A stretch of 50,199 bases of DNA from Candidatus Saccharimonadota bacterium (lineage in GTDB: Bacteria; Patescibacteriota; Saccharimonadia; Saccharimonadales; JAGPDM01): positions 1 to 50,199 of the forward strand of contig JAGPDM010000001.1 of NCBI GenBank assembly GCA_018057585.1. The letters are read 5' to 3'. The notes under the pieces were generated by a model. The model saw nothing but the letters and a program-made list of their open reading frames with translations. It ran no database searches and was not told the DNA's origin. How positions within the stretch are numbered: the first letter of the stretch is position 1; the number at the start of each line of letters is the position of its first letter. Below are positions 26,826 through 35,817 of the stretch, in pieces. Made by a program: the position numbers and the translations under genes.

Positions 26826-28643
26826 ATGATTAAGCCAGAACAAAACGATCTATATGCTATGAGGCACAGTCTTGCCCACATTATGGCAACAGCAACAATT
26901 AGCCTTTGGCCAGAGGCTAAGCTTGGTGTTGGACCGGTAGTAGACAACGGTTTTTACTACGACATCGATATTCCAGGGGTTACTATCTCTGAGAGTGATT
27001 TCAAGCAAATCGAAAAAGTTATGCGACAGACAATAAACCAAAAGCAAGATTTTGTTAAAACACAGCTACCAATTGACGACGCAATAGCCTGGGCAAAAGA
27101 AAACAATCAGCCGTACAAAACCGAGCTACTTAATGACCTGAAACGAGCCGGCACCACAGTGGCTAGCAACATTGAACAGGAGGATTTGGGTACGGTTACT
27201 GATGGGGTTTCAGCACTAGATAATGTTTCTTTCTACACTAACGGCAATTTTACAGATTTATGCCGAGGCCCACACGTGGGCAATACGGCCAATGTCGGTG
27301 CTTTTAAGTTGATGAGAGTGGCAGGGGCCTATTGGAGGGGCAAGGAGGGTAATCCGCAAATGCAGAGGCTGTATGGTGTGGCATTCGCGACCAACGAAGA
27401 CCTAGATCTGCATTTAAAGATGCTTGAAGAAGCTAAAAGACGTGATCATCGCAAACTCGGACAAGAGCTCGACTTATTTGTTAGCTCTAGCCTCGTAGGC
27501 CCTGGATTGCCCCTCTTTACTCCCAGAGGCACAATCCTTAGGAATAAGCTTATAGAGCTCACAGAGAGTTATCAGAAGAGCGTAGGTTATGAAGCAGTTT
27601 GGGTGCCACATATGGCTAAGATTGAGCTCTACAAGAAATCAGGTCATTACGATAAGTATCCAGAACGATTTGACGTATCCAGTGGTGAGTCAGATGACAA
27701 GTTCATGATGAAGCCAATGAATTGCCCTCACGTGACCCAAATCTATGCCTCAAGGGCACGCAGTTATCGAGACCTGCCACTGCGATACATGGAAACAACC
27801 ACAATGTACCGCGACGAAAAGAGCGGCGAGCTACATGGATTATCTCGGGTCAGGGCACTGACTCAGGATGATTCGCACTCATTTTGCAGGCGTGATCAAA
27901 TAGAATCAGAAATGGAGTCGTTGATCGCAATCATTAAAGAGGTCTACGAAATACTGGGTCTGGACATGTCCGTCGAACTTTCTTTTAGGGACGAATCAGA
28001 TGGCTACTTGGGTGATGATGCAGTATGGCAAGAATCAGAAAAAAGCCTAGTGGATATTGCCAACAAACTAAACCTAGACTATGTCATTGAAAAAGGTGAA
28101 GCAGCTTTCTATGGGCCCAAAATTGATATTCATATCTCTGACGGACTAGGCAGGCAATGGCAAACGGCGACTGTTCAACTTGATTTTATCCAACCAGATA
28201 GATTCGAGCTAGAATACACAAACCAAGATGGTGAAAAAGAAACACCAGTAATGATTCATAAAACCATACTAGGCTCCATAGAGCGGTTTCTTAGTGTGTA
28301 TATAGAACATAGAGCTGGTAAGTTTCCGTTCTGGTTAGCTCCTGAGCAAATTAGAGTGTTGACAATAAATGATGATGTTAAGGATTATGTCGATGAAATA
28401 ACAACGATTCTCGATGAAACAATACTGATGAAACCAATAAAATATAATGAAATTAGATACAGCTTAGACAATCGTAGCGAATCGATTGGCAAGAAAATCC
28501 GTGAAGCTCGCAAGATGCGAATACCTGTAATTCTGATCGTCGGGCCTAAAGACGAAGCTAGTCGCTCAGTAAGCATAAGAATTGATGATGAAGAGCAAGC
28601 TATAGAGTTATCAAAATTATCTAGCTTTATCAATGAGAGCTGA
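26826..28643 (+). CDS. thrS: Threonine--tRNA ligase (no N-terminal TGS domain)
   Basis: Starts in the editing/SAD domain (MRHSLAHIMA). Class II motifs FMMKPMNCPH, YRDEKSGELHGLSRVR and FYGPKID are present, plus the anticodon-binding C-terminus. Confidence 0.95.
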   Translation: MIKPEQNDLYAMRHSLAHIMATATISLWPEAKLGVGPVVDNGFYYDIDIPGVTISESDFKQIEKVMRQTINQKQDFVKTQLPIDDAIAWAKENNQPYKTELLNDLKRAGTTVASNIEQEDLGTVTDGVSALDNVSFYTNGNFTDLCRGPHVGNTANVGAFKLMRVAGAYWRGKEGNPQMQRLYGVAFATNEDLDLHLKMLEEAKRRDHRKLGQELDLFVSSSLVGPGLPLFTPRGTILRNKLIELTESYQKSVGYEAVWVPHMAKIELYKKSGHYDKYPERFDVSSGESDDKFMMKPMNCPHVTQIYASRARSYRDLPLRYMETTTMYRDEKSGELHGLSRVRALTQDDSHSFCRRDQIESEMESLIAIIKEVYEILGLDMSVELSFRDESDGYLGDDAVWQESEKSLVDIANKLNLDYVIEKGEAAFYGPKIDIHISDGLGRQWQTATVQLDFIQPDRFELEYTNQDGEKETPVMIHKTILGSIERFLSVYIEHRAGKFPFWLAPEQIRVLTINDDVKDYVDEITTILDETILMKPIKYNEIRYSLDNRSESIGKKIREARKMRIPVILIVGPKDEASRSVSIRIDDEEQAIELSKLSSFINES

Positions 28644-29847
28644 ACAGTCACAGAGACTAGAATTTAAAAATAGGGTGTTTTGGTTGGTGTGGAACATCCC
28701 GTTTGGTAAGTGCATCAGTTATGGAGATTTAGCTACGTTGGCAGGCAACCCAAGAGCTGCTCGTATCGTAGGTGGAATTGCGCACAATGGGCCGTCGGAT
28801 CTACCTTGGCATAGAGTAGTCTATAAGGATGGCAAGCTTGCCAGCGGCTTTCCTGGAGGACCAAGCAACCAAAAGGAGATGCTCCAAAGCGAGAGCATAG
28901 AATTTACAGATGACGACATAGTGTCTAATAATAAAATATTTTGGTGGACACCGCCGTCATCCATCCTTAAGCCGATAGTTGTGATTATTGGCGAGACGGC
29001 AAGTGGTAAATCATCAATTGCTATGGGTCTGGCTAAAGAGTTCTCGGGTTCAATCATATCTGCTGATGCCTGGACCGTGAGACGGGGGCTGGATATAGGC
29101 ACCGCAAAGCCCAGCAGGGAAGATCAGGCACAAGTAAAGCACTATCTAATAGACGAGGTCAACGTCGATGAGTCATTTAGTGCAGCCAAATTCAAAGACT
29201 TAGCAAAAGATGCGATTAGAGATAGCTATAGCAGTAGAAGCCTACCGATTATCGTGGGGGGTAACGGTCTGTATGTCGATGGACTTATTTATGGATATTC
29301 ATTCTTGGAACAATATGACGAATCGTTGCGTAAATGGCTACAGTCATTGGATACTAAAGAGGTTTTAAATGAGGCTTCAGCTCTTGGTTTAGACTGTTCT
29401 GGTGTCGATACTAAAAATAAGCGTCGATTAATTAGACTAATCGAAACACAAGGTCATCACCCATTGCGTTCTCCAGTTAGACGGCCCAATACGTTGCTAC
29501 TAGGTGTAAGGAGAACAAGTGAAGAGATGAAGGCAAGAATCAAAGAACGAATAGATCAAATGATTGAGGTTGGTTTGGTTGATGAGGTAAGAAATTTAGT
29601 AGATAAGCATGGCTGGGATAACGAAATTATGAAAGCTATCTGTTATCGTGAATTTGAAGGCTATTTTGAGGGCGATAAGTCCTTGGAAGAAGTTAAGTCT
29701 CTGATTGTAAGATCAACTAACAATCTGGCTAAGCGCCAAAGAACCTGGAACAGGAAGTATGAAGATATTCACTGGTTGTCGGCTATCGAGGAAGCTTCGA
29801 GGCTGGTGTGCAAATTTCTAGATCAATCAGGGTATAATACCAAGTAG
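28633..29847 (+). CDS. miaA: Fusion of an alkyltransferase-like (ATL/MGMT-family, Cys-less) domain and tRNA dimethylallyltransferase MiaA
   Basis: The N-terminal ~105 aa contain ISYGDLATLAGNPRAARIVG and PWHRV (28804-28818). MiaA follows with the P-loop GETASGKSS (28990-29016), ISADAWTVRRGLDIGTAKP and HYLID. Confidence 0.85.
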   Translation: MRAEQSQRLEFKNRVFWLVWNIPFGKCISYGDLATLAGNPRAARIVGGIAHNGPSDLPWHRVVYKDGKLASGFPGGPSNQKEMLQSESIEFTDDDIVSNNKIFWWTPPSSILKPIVVIIGETASGKSSIAMGLAKEFSGSIISADAWTVRRGLDIGTAKPSREDQAQVKHYLIDEVNVDESFSAAKFKDLAKDAIRDSYSSRSLPIIVGGNGLYVDGLIYGYSFLEQYDESLRKWLQSLDTKEVLNEASALGLDCSGVDTKNKRRLIRLIETQGHHPLRSPVRRPNTLLLGVRRTSEEMKARIKERIDQMIEVGLVDEVRNLVDKHGWDNEIMKAICYREFEGYFEGDKSLEEVKSLIVRSTNNLAKRQRTWNRKYEDIHWLSAIEEASRLVCKFLDQSGYNTK

Positions 29848-31125
29848 ATGTTTATATTATCGATTATAATCGGGAAACTGACTATTTTTGGGCTTAGAGT
29901 TGCTGGAAAGGGTGGATCGGCGCTACCTGGTCTCGTGATTGAAAAGATTAATAATTCTTTTCTAGAGCAGTTTAGTAAAAGCTTCAATGGTAAAGTAGTA
30001 CTAGTTACCGGAACTAACGGCAAGACTACCACGACTAAAGTACTTGGCGATGTGCTGCTTGATCAAGGCGAAACTGTTTTAAGCAATCGGTCAGGAAGCA
30101 ACATTAAACGTGGCGTAATATCGAGCATTATTGAGAACTCCTCGGTTTTTGGTAAGTCGCATTACAATTACGCAGTCTTTGAGATTGATGAAGCTTATGC
30201 TCCAATAGTAGCAAAGGCTTTAAGACCTCATGTTTTAGTAGCTTTAAATATCTTTAGAGATCAACTTGACAGGTTCAGTGAATTAGACAAGACCTATCAA
30301 TATATTAGTGAAGCGGCTGAGTTCTCAGACAGGATAGTCATAAATATAGACGACCCATTACTCTCTGCGATCAAGACCAGATATAGCAAATCAACAACAA
30401 GCTTTGGCGCTGTTGCTAGGATCCGCAAATTATTGCCGACAGATAATGACTTACATGCGAGTAAGACGGCAAGCAAGGCGTATAATCCTGATATACTGTT
30501 GTATGAAACACAACGTATTGGTAATAGAGAACAGATACAGATAAATTGTAATAACAAAATTATAAAATTCAGTACTCAATTGATAGGTGTCCATAATGCA
30601 ATCAATCTTGCCGCAGTCTTTGCGACTCTAAAAGTATTAGGAATGTCAGACTCTCAGTTTGAAAACTCGATAAAAAAATCTGAGCCAGCATTCGGACGAG
30701 GTGAAACTGTGACAGTCAGCGGAAGGGACATAATATTGATGCTGGCCAAGAACCCCGCTGGGTTTAATCAGGCGCTGTTGAGCTTGAAGGCTGACGGCAT
30801 TACACCTTCAATCATAGGAATCAACGATAACCTAGCTGATGGCCGCGATGTCTCCTGGCTGTGGGATGTCAATTTTGAAGAATTTGTAAATAATGACTCT
30901 AAGATTATTTGTACTGGCACCAGAGCATTCGATATCGCAGTTAGATTAAAATATGCTCATCACGATTTGCAGAGTATCGTGATTGAAGATTTGGATAATG
31001 CTATATCAAAACTTTTAGTTAGCAAATCAGAAGGTACCAAAGCAATTGTAGCAACTTATACAACTATGCTTGAAATAAGGAAGATCTTATCCTCAAGAGT
31101 ATATTTGAAGGAGTTTTGGAAATGA
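29848..31125 (+). CDS. murT: Lipid II isoglutaminyl synthase subunit MurT (Mur ligase family)
   Basis: VLVTGTNGKTTTTK P-loop and NIFRDQLDR, with a DUF1727-like C-terminus. Coupled to gatD. Confidence 0.85.
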   Translation: MFILSIIIGKLTIFGLRVAGKGGSALPGLVIEKINNSFLEQFSKSFNGKVVLVTGTNGKTTTTKVLGDVLLDQGETVLSNRSGSNIKRGVISSIIENSSVFGKSHYNYAVFEIDEAYAPIVAKALRPHVLVALNIFRDQLDRFSELDKTYQYISEAAEFSDRIVINIDDPLLSAIKTRYSKSTTSFGAVARIRKLLPTDNDLHASKTASKAYNPDILLYETQRIGNREQIQINCNNKIIKFSTQLIGVHNAINLAAVFATLKVLGMSDSQFENSIKKSEPAFGRGETVTVSGRDIILMLAKNPAGFNQALLSLKADGITPSIIGINDNLADGRDVSWLWDVNFEEFVNNDSKIICTGTRAFDIAVRLKYAHHDLQSIVIEDLDNAISKLLVSKSEGTKAIVATYTTMLEIRKILSSRVYLKEFWK

Positions 31126-31847
31126 AGTCAACAAGATCTATAGGCATAGTCCATCTTTACGCTAGGGAAATGAATATATATGGAGATAATGGTAATGTCA
31201 TCGTCATCAAGAAGAGGCTAGAGGCTAGAGGCTATAAAGTAAATCTTAAGCAACTTAATGTCGGTGACGCTAAGAGCCTTAATGATGTTGATATCATTAT
31301 AGGTGGTGGCGGACAAGATAGCGGACAGCTCAAGGTAGAGAGGGATCTACTTAGATCTAAGGCTGAGTTCATGACTGCCAGCGAGGATGGAGTAACGATG
31401 CTGATGATATGTGGCATGTATCAGTTGTTTGGCAATTATTTCTTAACAAAAGATAACTTGAAGGTTGAAGGGTTGGGAATTTTTGACTTACTCACTGAGG
31501 GTGATCAGAAACGGATGATTGGCAATGTGTTGATAGATACGGCTTTTGGCGAGCTGGTCGGTTTCGAGAATCACAGCGGCAAGACGATTCTAGGTGTAGG
31601 GCAGAAGGCCCTAGGAACTGTCTTTAAAGGAGCAGGGAATAACGGTGACAGCGGTGACGAAGGAGCCATAGTAAACAATACCTTCGCCAGTTACCTACAC
31701 GGACCCATGCTTCCAAAGAACCCCGCATTTGCTGATGAACTGATAAAAAGAGCAGTTGAAAGAAAGTATGGAGAGTCGGTGATCGAACCACTAGATGATA
31801 CTTTGGAGAAATCAGCTTTTGAACATGCAAAATCACTGAGTTACTAA
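31122..31847 (+). CDS. gatD: Glutamine amidotransferase GatD (CobQ/CobB type), partner of MurT
   Basis: ATGA overlap with the murT stop and a GAAGGAG RBS 8 nt upstream. The ORF track's TTG at 31116 is an alternative start. Nucleophile context MICGMYQLFG; HGP near the C-terminus. Confidence 0.85.
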   Translation: MKSTRSIGIVHLYAREMNIYGDNGNVIVIKKRLEARGYKVNLKQLNVGDAKSLNDVDIIIGGGGQDSGQLKVERDLLRSKAEFMTASEDGVTMLMICGMYQLFGNYFLTKDNLKVEGLGIFDLLTEGDQKRMIGNVLIDTAFGELVGFENHSGKTILGVGQKALGTVFKGAGNNGDSGDEGAIVNNTFASYLHGPMLPKNPAFADELIKRAVERKYGESVIEPLDDTLEKSAFEHAKSLSY

Positions 31848-31903
31848 ATTGACTAGAACTACTGCATACAAATTTGATACAATGCATAGTCAAAGGGGAA
31901 TAG

Positions 31904-32488
31904 ATGATTGATCAATTATTCGGTTCTAAAACTAGGGTAAAGCTTCTGTACTTGTTTTACGGTAATCCAAACCGTTCATTTTACGTACGAGAGATTACAA
32001 GAAAGATTGACGAACAGATCAATTCGGTTCGTCGCGAACTGTCTAATCTGCTAACAATTGGTATTATTAAATCCGACAGTAATAATAATCGGCTATATTA
32101 TGAGATAAATCAAAGCCACGAATTTTACAAACCCTTACATGAAATATTTAACAGTAATTCAAATTCAACGCTTTCGTCTTCGCAGACCAACCAGCAAAAA
32201 CGCTTTAGAGAGATAGGTCAGGTAAGGTCGGCTTATTTGATGGGTAAATACGTTAGGGATAAATCTATGCCTGTCGATATATTTATTATCGGTGACGTAA
32301 ATAAGACAAAACTCGAGAAATTAGTTGCGGAACTTGAGAAAGAGGAAGGCTTCGAGATTAATTATAGCCAAATGAGCAGTAAGGATTTTGAGTACAGAAA
32401 GATCGTAAAAGATAGGTTTATAACAGATGTAGTCAATGCAAAAAAGACTATAATCATTGATGAAATTACAACGAAAGGAAAAGAGTAA
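31904..32488 (+). CDS. Winged-helix (ArsR-like) DNA-binding protein with an uncharacterised C-terminal domain
   Basis: LFGSKTRVKLLYLFYGNPNRSFYVREITRKIDEQINSVRRELSNLLTIGIIK. Confidence 0.6.
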   Translation: MIDQLFGSKTRVKLLYLFYGNPNRSFYVREITRKIDEQINSVRRELSNLLTIGIIKSDSNNNRLYYEINQSHEFYKPLHEIFNSNSNSTLSSSQTNQQKRFREIGQVRSAYLMGKYVRDKSMPVDIFIIGDVNKTKLEKLVAELEKEEGFEINYSQMSSKDFEYRKIVKDRFITDVVNAKKTIIIDEITTKGKE

Positions 32489-33114
32489 TGGCTGAATTAA
32501 TATTCCATGGAGCAGGTTGTTTTGAGGTAAAAACTAAAAAGGTCAGTGCAGTAGTTGACCCGTTTCCAAAAGAATATGGTGCTACCGTACAGTTGAAGGA
32601 TAAAGTAATAATACTGACCGATACAAAACAATCAGTTGATAGTTCGAATACAAAATTTATAATCAATGGCCCCGGTGAATACGAGGTAAGCAATCTTAGC
32701 TTAAAGGGCATACCTGTTCAAAAGAACATAGATGATGAATCAATGCATGAGGGTGTTATTTATCGAATAGTCGTTGGTGAGATTGTGATCGGCCTGCTTG
32801 GTAATCTCTTTCCGAAGCTAAGTGACGAACAGCTGGAAGAGCTGGGCATTGTCGATATTCTAATTGTTCCTGTTGGTGGCAACGGTTTAAGCCCTGATGC
32901 TATAGGTGCAGCCTCATTAGTCAGAGACATAGAGCCGAAACTAGTCCTGCTGTCACACTTTGAGAGTAGCAAGATCAAATATCCTATGCCACAAAACGGC
33001 ACAGATATATTTGCTAAAGAGTTTGGTAGTGAAATTATGGTGCAATCAAAAATTAAATTAGACAGGTCATCGTTACCTGAAGATATTCAAGTCGTAGAGC
33101 TCGAAGAGGTTTAA
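32488..33114 (+). CDS. Beta-lactamase-fold (UPF0173/Lactamase_B_3-like) protein lacking the HxHxDH metal motif
   Basis: The N-terminus LIFHGAGCFEVKTKKVSAVVDPF resembles MBL-fold hydrolases, but LTDTKQS occupies the metal-motif position. TAATG junction with the upstream gene. Confidence 0.45.
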   Translation: MAELIFHGAGCFEVKTKKVSAVVDPFPKEYGATVQLKDKVIILTDTKQSVDSSNTKFIINGPGEYEVSNLSLKGIPVQKNIDDESMHEGVIYRIVVGEIVIGLLGNLFPKLSDEQLEELGIVDILIVPVGGNGLSPDAIGAASLVRDIEPKLVLLSHFESSKIKYPMPQNGTDIFAKEFGSEIMVQSKIKLDRSSLPEDIQVVELEEV

Positions 33115-33308
33115 GCCTCTAGCTTAGCTTGTTTTTTGAGTGTTCTTAATCCAGCAGCAGAAACTTTAACTTTCTGCTTCTTGCCGTCAATTACTAATGT
33201 TCTGTTCTGTAAGTTCGGTTTCCAGATCTTTTGAGTCTTTCGTTGTGAAAAGCTTACATTGTGACCGAATTGTTTACCTTTACCAGTGATTGCGCATTTT
33301 TGTGACAT
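33111..33308 (-). CDS. rpmB: 50S ribosomal protein L28
   Basis: MSQKCAITGKGKQFGHNVSFSQRKTQKIWKPNLQ. Confidence 0.9.
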   Translation of the reverse strand: MSQKCAITGKGKQFGHNVSFSQRKTQKIWKPNLQNRTLVIDGKKQKVKVSAAGLRTLKKQAKLEA

Positions 33309-33394
33309 TTTTTCTCCGAAGTAATTATTGACTTACAATCATATCTGTAACTTTAGCTTTAGTCAAGCCGCAGAATGGTATACAATACTGTTTC

Positions 33395-34057
33395 ATGAGT
33401 TTAATCATCTACATTATCGTCACTATAGTGATCGTACTGCTGTCGGTGACCCTACACGAAGCTATGCATGCCTATGCTAGCTATTGGTTGGGTGACGACA
33501 CTGCGTTTCATTCTGGCAGGCTGACGCTTAATCCTATAGCTCACTTGGATCCATTTTTGAGCTTTTTGCTACCGCTTGGTCTGGCGATACTTGGCTTACC
33601 GATATTCGGTGGAGCAAAACCAGTTCCTTTTAACCCCTTCAGGCTAAAGTATGGCGACTGGGGTCCAGCAATCGTGGCTGTAGCCGGACCGCTTACAAAT
33701 CTAGTTTTAGCCATCGTTTCTGGTGTCTGGCTCCGCTTTATCAACATACCTAACGACACAGTCTTGTTTACCCTGCAGCTGTTTGTCCAGGTCAACCTTG
33801 GCTTCTTTGTATTTAACATGCTGCCGATACCGCCATTAGATGGATCTAGGGTGCTTTACGCACTGAGTCCTGAGTCGGTTCGACGAGTAATTGAGGGCAT
33901 AGAGAGAAACAGCGTGCTACTTGTGTTCATGGTAGTTATTTTATTTAGATCGCAGCTTTCATTATTGATAGTAGGTGTTATGTCGCCATTGTTCAAGCTT
34001 ATAACTGGGGATAGCCTCAACCAGTTTTTCATATTGATGCAGCAGATGGTACAATAG
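33395..34057 (+). CDS. Site-2 protease family (M50) membrane metalloprotease
   Basis: HExxH motif LHEAMHAY in the first TM region, a polytopic layout, and a second motif NMLPIPPLDG. Confidence 0.85.
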   Translation: MSLIIYIIVTIVIVLLSVTLHEAMHAYASYWLGDDTAFHSGRLTLNPIAHLDPFLSFLLPLGLAILGLPIFGGAKPVPFNPFRLKYGDWGPAIVAVAGPLTNLVLAIVSGVWLRFINIPNDTVLFTLQLFVQVNLGFFVFNMLPIPPLDGSRVLYALSPESVRRVIEGIERNSVLLVFMVVILFRSQLSLLIVGVMSPLFKLITGDSLNQFFILMQQMVQ

Positions 34058-34263
34058 AAATGCCCTTATAAAGGTAGTGTTTCGGAAGTTTTTTTCCTGA
34101 ATACCTTATATACGGGAGGTTAATATATTTTGTGCCGTGGTATAAAATTGCAACCACCCACCTGGCAATTCGCTAGGATAAGGCTCCGGAATACTCCTGA
34201 AAAGGGCATTCTGATTTCGTTAATTATTGATTAAAATAGATTCGTTAAACAAAAATAATAGCA

Positions 34264-34701
34264 ATGGACAACATGCCAAATAGTGACGATCTAATTATCT
34301 ACACCGACGGTGGCTCTAGGGGCAATCCTGGTCCATCCGCTACTGGGTATGTGATTATGGATCGTAATTTAGAGATCATAGAGTCTGGTGGTGCGTATAT
34401 TGGAATTACCACAAACAATCAAGCCGAGTACCAGGCCGTGAAGATCGCACTTACTGAGGCTGAAAAGTACAAACCGGATAATATTGAGTTCAGAATAGAC
34501 AGTCTGCTGGTAGTTAACCAGATGAAAGGACTGTATAAGATAAAGAATCGTGACCTCTGGCCCATTAACGACTCAATTAAACGTCTGATTGAAGAAAGTA
34601 GTGCAAAAATAAGCTTTGTTCATGTTGGTCGTGACTTGAATGTACTCGCAGACCAGAAGGTTAACGAGGTTTTAGATAATCAGGCCAAACAAGTTATTTA
34701 G
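34264..34701 (+). CDS. rnhA: Ribonuclease HI family protein
   Basis: [30 protein letters not shown] and DSLLVVNQM supply the DEDD-type catalytic residues. Confidence 0.85.
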   Translation: MDNMPNSDDLIIYTDGGSRGNPGPSATGYVIMDRNLEIIESGGAYIGITTNNQAEYQAVKIALTEAEKYKPDNIEFRIDSLLVVNQMKGLYKIKNRDLWPINDSIKRLIEESSAKISFVHVGRDLNVLADQKVNEVLDNQAKQVI

Positions 34702-35038
34702 TTGAAGCTTTTACTATTTCTGCAAATGCGATCGGCTCGCTGACCGCAAGCTCTGAAAGTACTTTTCTGTCAAGAATTATGCTATTTTGAGTCATTTTGT
34801 TCATTAGCTTACTGTAGGAAATCCCGTTAATTCGAGCTGCTGCATTGATTCGTTGAATCCAAAGAGCCCTGAAATCACGCTTACGGTTACGTCTGTCTCT
34901 GTACGCATACTGGAGAGAGCGGATTACGGCTTGTTTACCCATACGGTAACTAGCACGTCTTTTGTGTTGCATGCCTTTAGTTTTAGCTAATGTCTTCTTG
35001 TGTTTAGCTCTGGCCGGTACTGATCTTTTTACGCGCAT
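34694..35038 (-). CDS. rplT: 50S ribosomal protein L20
   Basis: [22 protein letters not shown]...[23 protein letters not shown]. Confidence 0.95.
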   Translation of the reverse strand: MRVKRSVPARAKHKKTLAKTKGMQHKRRASYRMGKQAVIRSLQYAYRDRRNRKRDFRALWIQRINAAARINGISYSKLMNKMTQNSIILDRKVLSELAVSEPIAFAEIVKASTK

Positions 35039-35039
35039 A

Positions 35040-35234
35040 TTAAACTCCTAACTGTCTTTTTATTCGCTGAGTATCACTTGCATGAACTTCGTGCTCAATT
35101 TTAAAACCACGTTTTCGACTGCTAGATTTTTTCTGTAGAAAATGGTTTCCAGACGGACGCCGTCGTAATAGCTTGCCGCTACCGGTAATCTTTATTCGTT
35201 TAGCTGCTCCGCTATGTGTTTTACGCTTCGGCAC
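35040..35234 (-). CDS. rpmI: 50S ribosomal protein L35
   Basis: [33 protein letters not shown]. Confidence 0.95.
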   Translation of the reverse strand: MPKRKTHSGAAKRIKITGSGKLLRRRPSGNHFLQKKSSSRKRGFKIEHEVHASDTQRIKRQLGV

Positions 35235-35748
35235 GTTGTGTACTCCTTAGAACTATAGTTAATTGTTTACCAGACATTGAGGCGGGCTGATCGACCGTAG
35301 ATATATCACTAGCGGCATCAACAACCTTTTTAAGCAGATCGTGGCCAAGTTCCTTATGGGCCATTTCTCTTCCTCTGAAGAAAGCACTAACTCTTACGAT
35401 GTGGCCATCTTCGAGAAAATCTCTAATCTTCTTAAGTTTAATGTTAAAGTCATGCTCGCCAATCTTTAGACCAAATCTGATCTGCTTGATACTGACGGAC
35501 TTTTGCTTCTTTTTGCCTTGTTGCAATTGTTTGGTTTTTTGATAAGTGTACTTACCCCAATCCAAAATCTTGCATACAGGCGGCTTCGCATGAGGTGAAA
35601 CTTCAACAAGGTCCAAACCAGCTTGATTGGCGAGATCCAGAGCTTCTTCAATGCTAACAACACCTTTTTGCGTATCGTTTTCATCTATTAGTCTGACCTC
35701 TTTAGCCCTAATCTGTTGATTGAGCCTAGCTGGTTTTTCTTTTTTTAT
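35221..35748 (-). CDS. infC: Translation initiation factor IF-3, with a non-canonical ATA start
   Basis: The IF-3 N-domain (KKEKPARLNQQIRAKEVRLIDENDTQKGVVSIEEALDLANQAGLDLVEV) continues in frame upstream of the tracked TTG at 35616. AAGGAG (35755-35760) lies 6 nt before ATA (35746-35748). No in-frame ATG/GTG/TTG lies between them. Confidence 0.85.
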   Translation of the reverse strand: MKKEKPARLNQQIRAKEVRLIDENDTQKGVVSIEEALDLANQAGLDLVEVSPHAKPPVCKILDWGKYTYQKTKQLQQGKKKQKSVSIKQIRFGLKIGEHDFNIKLKKIRDFLEDGHIVRVSAFFRGREMAHKELGHDLLKKVVDAASDISTVDQPASMSGKQLTIVLRSTQRAEA

Positions 35749-35782
35749 TGAATGCTCCTTATACTCATACTTGTAATATCAG

Positions 35783-35811
35783 ATTTTAGCAACATATTCG
35801 ACTGAGGTCAA
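35783..35811 (-). promoter_or_regulatory. Promoter of the infC-rpmI-rplT operon
   Basis: On the minus strand: TTGACC (35811-35806), a 17-nt spacer, then TAAAAT (35788-35783). Confidence 0.55.
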
Positions 35812-35817
35812 CAACTG

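Noticed and set aside
35466-35684. 72-aa minus-strand ORF overlapping infC in another frame
   Set aside because: The IF-3 frame is conserved throughout this span. The alternative frame has no recognisable product or start signals.
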